The notes below the pieces were generated by a model that saw only the letters and a program-made list of their open reading frames with translations, had not been told where the DNA came from and did no database searches. 64,000 nt of DNA from NCBI GenBank assembly GCA_963798845.1, contig CAWCUS010000006.1:544001-608000 (forward strand), given 5' to 3'. Below, piece after piece: positions 1 through 9,342 of the stretch (the stretch's first letter is position 1; every line of letters begins with the position of its first letter). A program made the position numbers and the translations under genes. Source of the DNA: an uncultured Gemmatimonadales bacterium (GTDB lineage: Bacteria; Gemmatimonadota; Gemmatimonadetes; Longimicrobiales; RSA9).

Positions 1-1245
1 GAGCAGGGCGGCCGCGATCATCTCCGCATACAGGAGCCAGCGGGCCTGTGACACGCCCATGACGGAAGTGGCGAGGAGGGGGAGCGCCAGGACCGCTGCG
101 GCGCGGCGGTGTGGGCTCCCCGGGCGCAACAGCACGGGCAGCGCCGCCGCGGCGGCGACAGGAGCCCCGAAATACGCCACGGCCCTTCCCGGGCTCCACG
201 GGAGCGGGCGGAACTCCTGCACACGACTGAGCCAGAAGGCGCGCAGCTCGGGCGGCACGTTCGCGAACGGGCCGGCGAGGAAGCCGGGCGCAACGCGTGT
301 GAGGAGTCCGGCGAGCACCACGGCTCCGCCTGCGGCCATGGCGGTCCGGGGCGCAAGACCGGTGGCGCGGACCTGGCCGACCGACGCCCAGAACAGGACG
401 AGGCCCATGGCCAGAAGGACGTGGACGGCGCTGATCCGGTCGAGCTCCAGGCTCAACCAACCGGTGTACGGCCGCTCCAGCACCAGCGCGATCATCAGAC
501 CCAGGGCAGCCCAGGCGTGGAAGCTCCGGTTGACGCGCGCCCACGAGCCCGTCCGTGACTCGGTCAGCCACGGCAATCCGAGCAGCAGCGTCGCGAACCC
601 GTAAACGAACAGCGCTTCCGTGCTGACCCAGATGCCGAGGGCGGCCACGATCCCGCCCAATCGCGCTGCCTCGAGCGCGCCCTGCCGGTCCGCGATGCGG
701 ACCAGCGCCCCCAGCACCAGCGCCGCCAGGAGAAGGATGAGGAGGTGGTGGTCCGCGCGGCCGGGAAGGCCGTAGCTGGCGACCAGGGGCTGGCCCAGCA
801 CGAACAGCGCGGTCATGGATGAATGAAGGTCCCGCACCATGGGGCGCACCATCCACGCGGCGGCTACGCACGTCCCCAGGAGGAGGAGTGGCGGCAGGAT
901 CAGGCCTGCCGCGAGCACCGCGCGCGCCCCGAGCGCCGGCTCGAGCGGGAGCGCGAGGAGCAAGAGTACGAGGTCCAGCGGACGCGTCCAGTGCAGGGTC
1001 TCGCCGAAGGGCACGTTGCTCCGCGCGATCCCGGGGTCGTACCAGCGCAAGGGGGAATGGAGGAGCTCGCGCACCCTCACGAGGCGCATGTAGCCGTCAG
1101 GGTCGGCCAGCTGGCCGCGCAGGAGCTCGGGCCAGTGACCGCCCGGGAGCGCGGCCGCGGTCGCGAGGATGCCCGCGGCCGCGAGGGCCCACGCCCACGC
1201 GGGCTGATGGCGCGGCAGCGCCGGTTCGGGGGAGGGCAGGCTCAA
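1..1245 (-). CDS. STT3/AglB-like GT-C integral membrane glycosyltransferase, truncated by the window edge
   Basis: Manual translation (not in the ORF track). TTG at 1245 overlaps the upstream TGA. Motifs LADPDGYMRLVRVRELL, GETLHWTRPLD, GRADHH and WLSRVQEFRP; many TM segments. Confidence 0.7.
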   Translation of the reverse strand, partial: MSLPSPEPALPRHQPAWAWALAAAGILATAAALPGGHWPELLRGQLADPDGYMRLVRVRELLHSPLRWYDPGIARSNVPFGETLHWTRPLDLVLLLLALPLEPALGARAVLAAGLILPPLLLLGTCVAAAWMVRPMVRDLHSSMTALFVLGQPLVASYGLPGRADHHLLILLLAALVLGALVRIADRQGALEAARLGGIVAALGIWVSTEALFVYGFATLLLGLPWLTESRTGSWARVNRSFHAWAALGLMIALVLERPYTGWLSLELDRISAVHVLLAMGLVLFWASVGQVRATGLAPRTAMAAGGAVVLAGLLTRVAPGFLAGPFANVPPELRAFWLSRVQEFRPLPWSPGRAVAYFGAPVAAAAALPVLLRPGSPHRRAAAVLALPLLATSVMGVSQARWLLYAEMIAAALL

Positions 1246-2624
1246 GCTTCGCTGCCCACCACGAGGTCGTGCTTCTCGATGATGCGGTCGAGCCGGCCGC
1301 GGGAGATGCCGAGGATGTCCGCGGTCTGGCTCTTGTGGCCGCCCGTCTGGAGCAGGACGCGCTGGACGTAGGCGCGCTCGGCGGCTTCCAGCACGCGGTC
1401 CAGCTCCACCTCGCCGCTCGGGACTTCGGCCGCGTACGCGCCCTTGAGCGGGCCGCCGGTGAGGTCCAGGTGCTCGGGCGCCAGCGTGTCTCCCTGGGCC
1501 AGGACCACGGCGCGGGTGAGGGCGTTCTCCAGCTCCCGCACGTTGCCGGGCCAGTCGTGGATGGCCAGGCGGCGGAGCACGTCATCGGGGATGCGGGGCG
1601 CGGCGCGGCCGGCCATGGCCGCGGCCTTGCCGACCATGTGGCGGGCGAGGAGGGGGATGTCGGAGCGGCGCTCGCGCAGGGGCGGGACGACGATCTCCAC
1701 CACCCTGAGGCGGAAGTAGAGGTCCTCGCGGAAGCGGCCTTCCTGGACGAGGCGCTCGATGGGCCGGTGCGTGGCGGCGAGGACGCGTGCCTCGGAGAAG
1801 CGCGGCTTCTCGCCGCCCACCGGGTAGAACTCGCCTTCCTGGAGGACGCGCAGCAGCTTGGCCTGGAAGGCGTTGGTGGTGTCCCCGATCTCGTCGAGGA
1901 AGATGGTGCCCCGGCCAGCCAGCTCGAAGCGGCCCTTGCGGTCCGCCTGGGCGCCGGTGAAGGCGCCCTTGACGTGGCCGAACAGCTCGGACTCCAGCAG
2001 CGTCTCCGGGAGGGAGGCGCAGTTGACGGAGATGAACGGCTCGGGCGCGCAGCGGGAGTTGTCGTGGATGGTGCGGGCGATGAGCTCCTTGCCGGTCCCG
2101 GTCTCTCCGCGGATGAGGACCGGGGCGGTGGAAGACGCCACGCGCCCGACGATCTTGAAGACCTCGATCATCGCGGGGTGGCGTCCCACGAGGCCGTTGG
2201 TCTGGAGCTGCTCGATGGCATCGTCGCCGGCGCGGCCGGCGTGGGCGCTGCGGGCCTGCTCCTCGAGGGCGGAGCGGACCACGTCGTCGACCTGGTCCAG
2301 GTCGAGCGGCTTGACCAGGTAGTCGTAGGCGCCGTCCTTCATGGCGTCGATGGCCGTCTGCATCTCGTCGTACGCGGTCATCAGGACGACGGCGATGTCG
2401 GGGGCGTCCGCGCGGATCTTCCGGAGCAGGTCGAAGCCGCTCATGCCGGGCATGCGGAGGTCGCTGAGCACGAGGCCGGGTGCGAAGCGGTGGAAGGCGG
2501 AGAGGGCGTGCTCGGCGTCCTCGAACGCCTCGACCTCGTACCCGGCCTGGCCGAGGTGGCGCTGGAGGATCTCCCGGTGCGACGGGTCGTCCTCGACGAT
2601 CATGATCCGGTGGCTCATCGGCAT
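1242..2624 (-). CDS. sigma54-dependent response regulator (NtrC/AtoC family: REC-AAA+-HTH)
   Basis: REC (IMIVEDD...LVLSDLRMP...LVKP), Walker A GETGTGKE, ESELFGHVKGAFTGA, FLDEIG, WPGNVRELEN, Fis-type HTH. ATG overlaps the kinase stop (TGATG). Confidence 0.95.
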   Translation of the reverse strand: MPMSHRIMIVEDDPSHREILQRHLGQAGYEVEAFEDAEHALSAFHRFAPGLVLSDLRMPGMSGFDLLRKIRADAPDIAVVLMTAYDEMQTAIDAMKDGAYDYLVKPLDLDQVDDVVRSALEEQARSAHAGRAGDDAIEQLQTNGLVGRHPAMIEVFKIVGRVASSTAPVLIRGETGTGKELIARTIHDNSRCAPEPFISVNCASLPETLLESELFGHVKGAFTGAQADRKGRFELAGRGTIFLDEIGDTTNAFQAKLLRVLQEGEFYPVGGEKPRFSEARVLAATHRPIERLVQEGRFREDLYFRLRVVEIVVPPLRERRSDIPLLARHMVGKAAAMAGRAAPRIPDDVLRRLAIHDWPGNVRELENALTRAVVLAQGDTLAPEHLDLTGGPLKGAYAAEVPSGEVELDRVLEAAERAYVQRVLLQTGGHKSQTADILGISRGRLDRIIEKHDLVVGSEA

Positions 2625-4361
2625 CAACGGGCTCCAGCGAGAACGGGTTTTTCGTCGGTTGCGGTAGGGGCGTCGGGGGCGTCGGACGTGGCCAGCTGGA
2701 GGCGCACCACGAAGGCCGCGCCGGTGCCGGTGGCCACCGGCTCGCAGGTGATCTCGCCCCCCCACCGCTGCACCACGCGCGCGGCCATCGGGAGCCCGAT
2801 CCCGTTGCCGCGCGGCTTGGTGGTGAAGAACGGCTCGAAGATGCGGCGCGCGAGGCCGGGCGGCACGCCGGGCCCGTTGTCGGCCACGCGCACGCCCACC
2901 TCGCCCGCCTCGCGGTCCGTCCACGTGGTGATCCGGATCCGGGGCGAGCCGGTGCCGTCCAGCGCGTCCAGCGCGTTCACCAGCAGGTTCATCCACACGC
3001 CGCGCAGCGACTCGGCGTCGCAGTACGCGCGGTCGGGGTCGGCGGCGCGGGACACGGCCACGTCCACGCGCAGGATGCCGAGCTTGGGCCCGAGGACCTG
3101 GAGGGCGTCGTCGATGGTGCCGTGGACGGAGCAGGCGCCGGCGCGGCCGCGCGCGGGCGGGCGGCCCATCTCCAGGACCGTGCGCACCACGCCGTCGAGG
3201 CGGTTCACCTCGCTCAGCGCGATGTCGAGGACGCGCGGCGCGTCGTCCGGCAGGCCGCCGCGATCGAGCGAGCGGCGGAGGCTCTGGAGGCTCAGCCGGA
3301 TGGAGCTCAGCGGGTTCCGGATCTCGTGCGAGAGGTACGACGCCAGCTCGCCGACGGCCGCCATCTTCTGGCTCAGCTCGCTCTGCCGGATCGACTCGTC
3401 CAGCCGGTCCGTCATCTTGCGGAAGGCGAGCGTGAGGCGGCCCACCTCGTCGTCGGTGGGCGGCGGCAGCCACGGGTTCAGGTGGCCCAGGCGCACCGCG
3501 TCCGCGGCGCTGGCCAGCGCGCGCAGGGACCGGAAGGAGTTCTGCGCCAGCATCGAGAACAGGAGCGCCGCGCCGGACAGGATCAGGAGCGCGAGGCCGA
3601 GATAGAGGAGCCGGCTCTGGCGGAACGGCCCGACGAACTCGTCGTCGCTGGAGTGCACGGTCACGACCCAGCCCGCGTCCGGCGCCACGGCCGCCGACGC
3701 CCGCCAGAGGCGGTCCCCCTCGCGGCGGTACGACATGGTGCGCCGCGCGATCAGCGTCTCCACCGCGTCCGCCAGCGAACGGGGGAAAGGGCGAGTCGCC
3801 CGCCCGGGCGCAGTCGGAGGTGTAGAGGGGGCGGCCCGTGGCCCGCTCGATGAGCCGGCTGAACCCGGCCTGCCCCAGGTGCGCGCTCATCGCCGGCGCA
3901 CCCTCGACCAGGCGGGCGATCGGGACCTCGCCCACCAGCCGCGCACCCGAAGCGCCCGCGCCTGGGAGCGGCACGTCCATGCGCGTCGCCGCCGGCTCGC
4001 CAGGGCACCCCGCGTGGACCGGGGCGCTCCCGCCCGCTTCCAGCAGCGTGCGCGGCTCACGGTCGGGCAGGTACAGGATGAGGGCGGAGAACGGGCGGGG
4101 CGGTGCGCCGTCGAGGGTGACGGCCGCGCCGCGCGCCTGCTGGAGCGCGACCCGCTCCGCGATGGACCGGAGCGCCGAGGCCGCGTCCGCGTACTCCCGG
4201 TCGAGCTCCCCGGCCGCCTGCGTGGCCAGCGCCTCGCCGCGCGCCTCGATCACGGCCCGCAGCGCGTCCACCGACTGCACGTAGTCCCCCGCGCCCAGCA
4301 GCACGACCGGCAGCAGGGCGAAGCCGAAGAACAGCAGCAGGATTCTCGCTCGCAGCGACAC
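2624..4361 (-). CDS. HAMP-domain sensor histidine kinase, split by one frameshift near 3781-3785
   Basis: N-terminal TM (VSLRARILLLFFGFALLPVVLL) in one frame. TM2, HAMP (DEVGRL), H-box (SHEIRNPL), N-box and G-boxes (DNGPG, FFTTK, GIGL) in another. The break lies at a homopolymer run. Confidence 0.85.
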
Positions 4362-4437
4362 GCGCGTCTCGTTTCTGGCCTGGGAACCGGATCCGTGGGG
4401 GGCCGCCCGCGCCCGCCCACGCGGCCGGTCGGGGTCC

Positions 4438-4465
4438 AATCTAGTGGATGGCGCCGGCCTCACAA
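4438..4465 (-). promoter_or_regulatory. candidate sigma70-type promoter for the kinase/regulator/GT-C genes
   Basis: TTGTGA-N16-TAGATT on the minus strand. Confidence 0.35.
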
Positions 4466-4516
4466 GGTTCGTGTACCACGACGGAACAACCCGGCAACAC
4501 CCTGTCCACGATGACC

Positions 4517-4810
4517 TTAGCGGGCGGCCGCCGCGCCGGAGGAGAGGGCGCCTCCGCCGGCGGAGACCGCCAGCCGGGGCCGATCCGGCGCCGCCCCGGG
4601 CTCGTCCGGGTCCTCCGCGCCTGGGGCGCCCACGCGCTCGAAGAAGTACGGCCCGGCGAGCGACGGCTCGTCGTCCGGAACGCCGGCGGGTCCGCCCGCC
4701 CGGGCCCGAACGCGGAAGACGACGTATCCCACGGACGCGAGCACGATCATGGTCGTGATGGTGAGCACCACGACGAAGACGGCGAGCGCCAGGATCTGGC
4801 TGGAGCCCAT
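4517..4810 (-). CDS. small single-TM protein (BcsF-like position and topology)
   Basis: MGSSQILALAVFVVVLTITTMIVLASVGYVVFRVRAR; purine-rich RBS GAGGGGAGGG; starts 2 nt after the upstream stop. Confidence 0.65.
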   Translation of the reverse strand: MGSSQILALAVFVVVLTITTMIVLASVGYVVFRVRARAGGPAGVPDDEPSLAGPYFFERVGAPGAEDPDEPGAAPDRPRLAVSAGGGALSSGAAAAR

Positions 4811-4811
4811 C

Positions 4812-6365
4812 TCAATCCCTCCCCTCGAGCGCCGCCGGGCGGGGCGAGCTTCGCCCGCCGAAGCGGCTCTGTATGGCATCCCGGTCCACCGGGAACGTGA
4901 GCAGCTCGTATTCGCCCGGCGTGGCCGCGCGGAGTCTCCCCGCGAGGTCCAGCGCGGTGTCCGGGTCCACGTGCGCCAGGTAGATGGCCACGCGCCGGTC
5001 GTCGAGCAGGGCGACCAGGTCGCCGTCCGACAGCCGCACCCGGCCCTGCAGGATGTTCCACCCCTCGCCGGGACCGCCCCGCGGCTCCGCCACCAGCAGG
5101 GCGAACATCGGCGGGCTCGGCTCCGCGGTGATCAGCGACACGGCGTCCGAGAACTCGACGGCCGTCATGAGACGCGGCAGCCCGCGTCCGTCCACGGGCT
5201 GCTTGGGGCTCGGGGGCGCGGTGCGGCCGCTGCGGCGAGGGCCGCGGCCGGTGGCCGCCTCCACGCGCTCGAGGACCTCCACGGGCGAAGCTTCATCGGT
5301 GAGGAAGTCGTCGCCGCCGGCGCGCAGCGCCCGGACGCGGGTGCTGTTGCGCAGCCCTTCCCGGGGCGCGATGAACAGGATGGGCGCCCCGTTGCCCGAC
5401 TTGCGGAGCGAGTAGGCGAGGTCGAGCGTCACCTGCGGGTGGTAGGGGTCGAGGCCGAGGAGCAGGGCGCCGTAGCCGCCGGCCATGATGTCGCTGAAGC
5501 CCGTTTCCAGGCTCGCGAACCGCTCCAGGCTGAAGCCCTCCCCCAGCGCGGCCAGGAAATGGCCAGGGATCACGCCGTGGGCGTCCAGCACCAGCAGGCG
5601 GTGCCTCAGCTCCGCCGCCTGCGCGTCCGGCTCCCAGTCCCGGATCCCGTCCACGATCCCGACTCCGGCGCGGATCTCGAAGGCGAACGGATCCGTCCGG
5701 TGCGCCTTCTGGCGCAGCTTCCGGATCGACAGCTCGCGCCTCGAGCCGTCCGCCCTCGCCAGGTGGAACACGCCCGCCGCCGACGTGATCACGCGGTCGT
5801 AGAAACGGCCCCGCGGGCTGCGGCGCTCTCCCGGAACCGTGACGTACGTGGTGCTGCGCGCACGCTCCAGGAAGTCGCCCAGCGCGTCCACCAGGTCGCC
5901 CGTCTCGCGCGCGCCCTCCAGGAACGGCCCGGCCGAGTCGATCACCAGCCGGTCCGGGAACATGCCGCGCTCCACGAGCAGCGCCTCCAGCTCCTCCCGG
6001 ACCGCGCCCGGGTCGCCCACCCGGCCGTACCGCCGCGGGAAGTCCGGGCGGATCCGCACCAGGACCAGCCGCCCCTCGCGCAGCGCCGGGCGCAGGTCGC
6101 ACCCAATGTGGTCCGCGTGCGCCAGGAGGTCATCGGTGGACTCCTGCGTCACGATCCCGCACATCTCCCCCTCGTCCAGTCCCTGCGCGATGAAGTGGAG
6201 CGCCACCGTGGTCTTCCCGGCCCCGGGCTCGCCCGTCAGGGCGTAGTGCCGCCCGGGCACCAGCGTGCCGAGGCGCATGTCGAGCGCCCCGATCCCCGTC
6301 GACACCATGCGACCCGGCCGCGGCGGGTCCGTGTGCTCCCTCACTGCGGCAGACTGCGTCGTCAT
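4812..6365 (-). CDS. KaiC/RecA-like ATPase + pseudo-receiver + degenerate GGDEF-like domain (BcsE-like architecture)
   Basis: STGIGALD, Walker A GEPGAGKT, RLVIDS, RKLR; REC-like segment ending RALRAGGDDFL; C-terminal RVRLSDGDLVALLDDRRVAIYL. Confidence 0.8.
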   Translation of the reverse strand: MTTQSAAVREHTDPPRPGRMVSTGIGALDMRLGTLVPGRHYALTGEPGAGKTTVALHFIAQGLDEGEMCGIVTQESTDDLLAHADHIGCDLRPALREGRLVLVRIRPDFPRRYGRVGDPGAVREELEALLVERGMFPDRLVIDSAGPFLEGARETGDLVDALGDFLERARSTTYVTVPGERRSPRGRFYDRVITSAAGVFHLARADGSRRELSIRKLRQKAHRTDPFAFEIRAGVGIVDGIRDWEPDAQAAELRHRLLVLDAHGVIPGHFLAALGEGFSLERFASLETGFSDIMAGGYGALLLGLDPYHPQVTLDLAYSLRKSGNGAPILFIAPREGLRNSTRVRALRAGGDDFLTDEASPVEVLERVEAATGRGPRRSGRTAPPSPKQPVDGRGLPRLMTAVEFSDAVSLITAEPSPPMFALLVAEPRGGPGEGWNILQGRVRLSDGDLVALLDDRRVAIYLAHVDPDTALDLAGRLRAATPGEYELLTFPVDRDAIQSRFGGRSSPRPAALEGRD

Positions 6366-6455
6366 CGCGCTTCCAGCACCCGGTGTCCGTTTCCTGAAGC
6401 TCGCCGTCGCTGCGGCGGTGAGACCCGGCGAGGTGGCCGGGGACCACCGACGGGG

Positions 6456-6469
6456 GCAAGGCGTATGCC
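6456..6469 (-). promoter_or_regulatory. candidate sigma54 -24/-12 promoter
   Basis: GGCATACGCCTTGC (GG-N10-GC) about 90 nt upstream of the ATPase gene; lies within a GC inverted repeat. Confidence 0.45.
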
Positions 6470-6680
6470 CCCCGTTTACATCCGTCTCAACGTGTTGCGT
6501 AGCTGCGGGTTAGGTGGCTGGTGCCGGACGGTTCCGGGCCGACGCTCCGCTAGATTGTTCCGGGATGGGACACTTTTGCGGGCAACGCCCCCGAGCCCAT
6601 CATTGACGGGGCGGCCGCGGGCTGTTACGGAGTAATGCGGGGCCGGCGCCCCACGCGTTCACCCGGAACAGAAAGTCGCG

Positions 6681-6863
6681 ATGCTCGAGCGGGGCCTGGC
6701 GTTGGGACGGGCTGGCATCCACGCCGTGGTCGGGTTCTTCGGCGGGCTCGGCCGGCACGTGGCCGACTGGGCGCGTGGGCGGGACGTGACGCTGCTGGTG
6801 GTGCTGGTGGTGGTGGCGCTGCTGCTCCTCTTCGCGTTCGTACCGAACCGGCGGCGGCCCTGA
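6681..6863 (+). CDS. small membrane protein
   Basis: 60 aa with a strongly hydrophobic C-terminal helix followed by RRRP; fills an intergenic gap. Confidence 0.5.
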   Translation: MLERGLALGRAGIHAVVGFFGGLGRHVADWARGRDVTLLVVLVVVALLLLFAFVPNRRRP

Positions 6864-6875
6864 GCGGGTGGGCCG

Positions 6876-8012
6876 TCACAGGCCGAGGACGCGCATCACG
6901 TCGCTGGTCACGGCCCAGACCATGAGCATGGCCACGAGTGCGACGCCCGCCCTTCCCACGGCCACGCGGACTCTCCGGGGCGCCGGCTTCCCGCGCACCA
7001 CCTCCACGAGCAGGAACAGGAGGTGGCCGCCATCGAGGGCGGGGATGGGGAGGAAGTTGACGAGGGCGAGGTTGATGGAGAGCGTGGCCACGAACATGAG
7101 GAAGACGGGCAGCCCGGCCCGGGCGGTGGCGCCGCTGAGCTGACCGATGAGGATCGGGCCGCCGAGCTCGCGGGCGGAGTGGCGCCCGTCGAAGAGGCCG
7201 CTGGCGAAGTCGCCCATCAGGGAGATGATGTAGCGGCTCTGGGAGACTCCCCACCCGAGCGCGGCGAGCGGGGCTTTCCGGACGCGCGCAGGGTGGCCGG
7301 CGCCCGCATCGGAGACCGGCTCCAGCGCCAGCGGGAGGAAGCGCCTCGACGACGCCTGCCGCGGGATGTCGATCGTGACGGCCGGGCGGTTGGCGAAGTG
7401 CAGCGTGAGCGGACCGGCCGGCGCGGCCATGAGCGCGCGCGCCGCCTCGTCCATGGTCGTGATGCGCCGGTCACCGATCGCGGTGATGCGCGCGCCCGGA
7501 CGCACGCCGGCCAGCGCGGCCGCGCCGGGCGGAAGCCACTCCTCCACCACGTTCCCCACCACCGGCCCGGCCGGGACGGGCACGCCCCAGATGCCCGCCA
7601 CGGCCGCGAACAGGAGCACGGCCAGGAGGGCGTTCATGGCCACGCCGGCGCCGAGCACCAGGGCCCGGCCGGCTGCCGACTTCGACTCGAAGTTCCGGTC
7701 GGGGTCGGTCCCGGACTCCCCGTCGTCTCCGCCTTCCAGCGCGCTCATCTCCTCGAGCCCCGCGATCTTGACGTAGCCGCCCAGCGGGAAGGCGGACAGG
7801 CGGTACTCGGTCTCGCCGCGGCGGAAGCCGAAGATCCTGGGGCCGAGCCCGATCGAGAAGCGGGGTACGCGGATGTCGAGCCAGCGCGCGGCGGCGAAGT
7901 GGCCCAGCTCGTGGACCAGGATGAGCACCCCGAGGACGCCCAGCGCCACGAGGATCGAGAAGACCAGGAAACCCCCTCCGTTCAGTCCGTATCGGCCCTC
8001 GAAAAGGCGCAC
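6876..8012 (-). CDS. rseP: M50 intramembrane zinc metalloprotease, RseP-like
   Basis: HELGH, FSIGLGP, PLGGYV, short PDZ-like region, NFLPIPALDGG. Confidence 0.9.
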   Translation of the reverse strand: MRLFEGRYGLNGGGFLVFSILVALGVLGVLILVHELGHFAAARWLDIRVPRFSIGLGPRIFGFRRGETEYRLSAFPLGGYVKIAGLEEMSALEGGDDGESGTDPDRNFESKSAAGRALVLGAGVAMNALLAVLLFAAVAGIWGVPVPAGPVVGNVVEEWLPPGAAALAGVRPGARITAIGDRRITTMDEAARALMAAPAGPLTLHFANRPAVTIDIPRQASSRRFLPLALEPVSDAGAGHPARVRKAPLAALGWGVSQSRYIISLMGDFASGLFDGRHSARELGGPILIGQLSGATARAGLPVFLMFVATLSINLALVNFLPIPALDGGHLLFLLVEVVRGKPAPRRVRVAVGRAGVALVAMLMVWAVTSDVMRVLGL

Positions 8013-8037
8013 GAACCGTACCGCGACGGAAAGGGCG

Positions 8038-9342
8038 TCAGGCGGCGCGGATCCAGCGGATGAGCTCGCTCAGCGACGCCTTCTTTCCCGTGGCCAGGAT
8101 GCCGGCGCGGTAGATCTTGCCGGCGATCCACGCGATGATCGCGGCGGTGACGACCATGAGGGCGAGGGAGAGGGCCACCTGCGGCCAGGATGCCGGCGCG
8201 GCGGCGAGGCGCATGGGCATGGCCACCGGGGCGGTGAGGGGGAACAGGCCCAGGAATGTGGCGATCCCGCCGTCCGGCTCGTTGGTGATGGCGCCGAGGA
8301 AGAGGAGGGGGAGGAAGAGGGGGAGCATGAGCATCATCTGGTACGGCTGGGCTTCCTGCTCCGTGCTCATGGCCGCGCCGAGGCCGGCGAAGAGGGCGGC
8401 GTAGACCAGGAATCCGAGGACGAAGAAGGCGAGCAGCGTGCCCAGGATGGCGGGCGGCAGCCGCACGGCCTCCATCGTGGAGGCGGAAACGCCGAACTGC
8501 TCGCGCAGCAGCTCGGACTGGCTGGTCACGAGCATGATGATGCCCGCCCAGATCGCCAGCTGGAGGAGCGCGGCGGCGCTCACGCCGGCGATCTTCCCGC
8601 CCATGAGACGTCCCGCGCGCACCGTGGACACCAGGATCTCCGAGATGCGCGTGGTCTTCTCCTGTATCACGCTGCGCATGACCGCGTGTCCGTACATCGC
8701 GATGACCATGTACGCCATGAACGCCAGGATGTACGCCACGAAGAAGGTGCTCTCTGCGTCGCCCGCCGATTCCCCGGCTTCCGTGATCCGGGCGGTCCGC
8801 ACCGTCACCGGCCGCATGAGGCGCCCGATGACGGCCGGGTCGAGCCCCGCCGAGCCGAGGCGCCGCGTCTCCACCGCCGCGGTGGCGGCCGCGCGCACGT
8901 CGCGGAGGAGGAGCCGGTTCGTGATGTTTCTGGCCCGCAGCTCCACCAGGCCGCTGTCGACCGTCTCGGGTCCGAGCACGACGTAGGCGTCCAGCTCCCT
9001 GTCGGTGATGCGCTGGTTGAGGCGGTCGAAGTCCGCCTCGCCCAGTGAGATGCGCTGGAGGTCGTACGTGGTGGCCGCTTCCTCCTCGCCCGTCCCGGCG
9101 GGCGCTTCCCCGGCCGCGTCGACGCGCCGGGCGTGGAGCGCCTGGACGAACACGGCGGCCACCCCGGCGGGGGCGCCGTCGACCACCACCACTCGCCGCT
9201 CGCCGCCGGAGTCGCCGCCGAGCGTGGGGAGGATGAGGATGGCGATGAGGAAGAGGGGGAAGGCGAGGGTGCCGACCACGAAGCTGCGCGTCTGGACGCG
9301 CTCGCGGAACTCGCGCTCGATGATGATGAGCAGCTCAGTCAT
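8038..9342 (-). CDS. ABC-2 transporter permease (NatB/YhaP-like)
   Basis: MTELLIIIEREFRERV..., EKTTRISEILVS, GGKIAG, multiple TMs. Confidence 0.9.
   Translation of the reverse strand: MTELLIIIEREFRERVQTRSFVVGTLAFPLFLIAILILPTLGGDSGGERRVVVVDGAPAGVAAVFVQALHARRVDAAGEAPAGTGEEEAATTYDLQRISLGEADFDRLNQRITDRELDAYVVLGPETVDSGLVELRARNITNRLLLRDVRAAATAAVETRRLGSAGLDPAVIGRLMRPVTVRTARITEAGESAGDAESTFFVAYILAFMAYMVIAMYGHAVMRSVIQEKTTRISEILVSTVRAGRLMGGKIAGVSAAALLQLAIWAGIIMLVTSQSELLREQFGVSASTMEAVRLPPAILGTLLAFFVLGFLVYAALFAGLGAAMSTEQEAQPYQMMLMLPLFLPLLFLGAITNEPDGGIATFLGLFPLTAPVAMPMRLAAAPASWPQVALSLALMVVTAAIIAWIAGKIYRAGILATGKKASLSELIRWIRAA

Noticed and set aside
1242..4463. 1073-aa sensor-regulator fusion ORF
   Set aside because: Artefact of the kinase frameshift; the middle part is out-of-frame Arg/Pro-rich sequence and the regulator has its own coupled ATG
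4812..6365. Circadian KaiC clock gene
   Set aside because: Single ATPase domain, no kaiA/kaiB, and the C-terminal domains are unrelated to KaiC
6566..6579. sigma54 promoter on the + strand (TGGGACACTTTTGC)
   Set aside because: GG-GC spacing is 9, not 10; TGGCAC hits at about 18055, 35211 and 53979 also lack the -12 box
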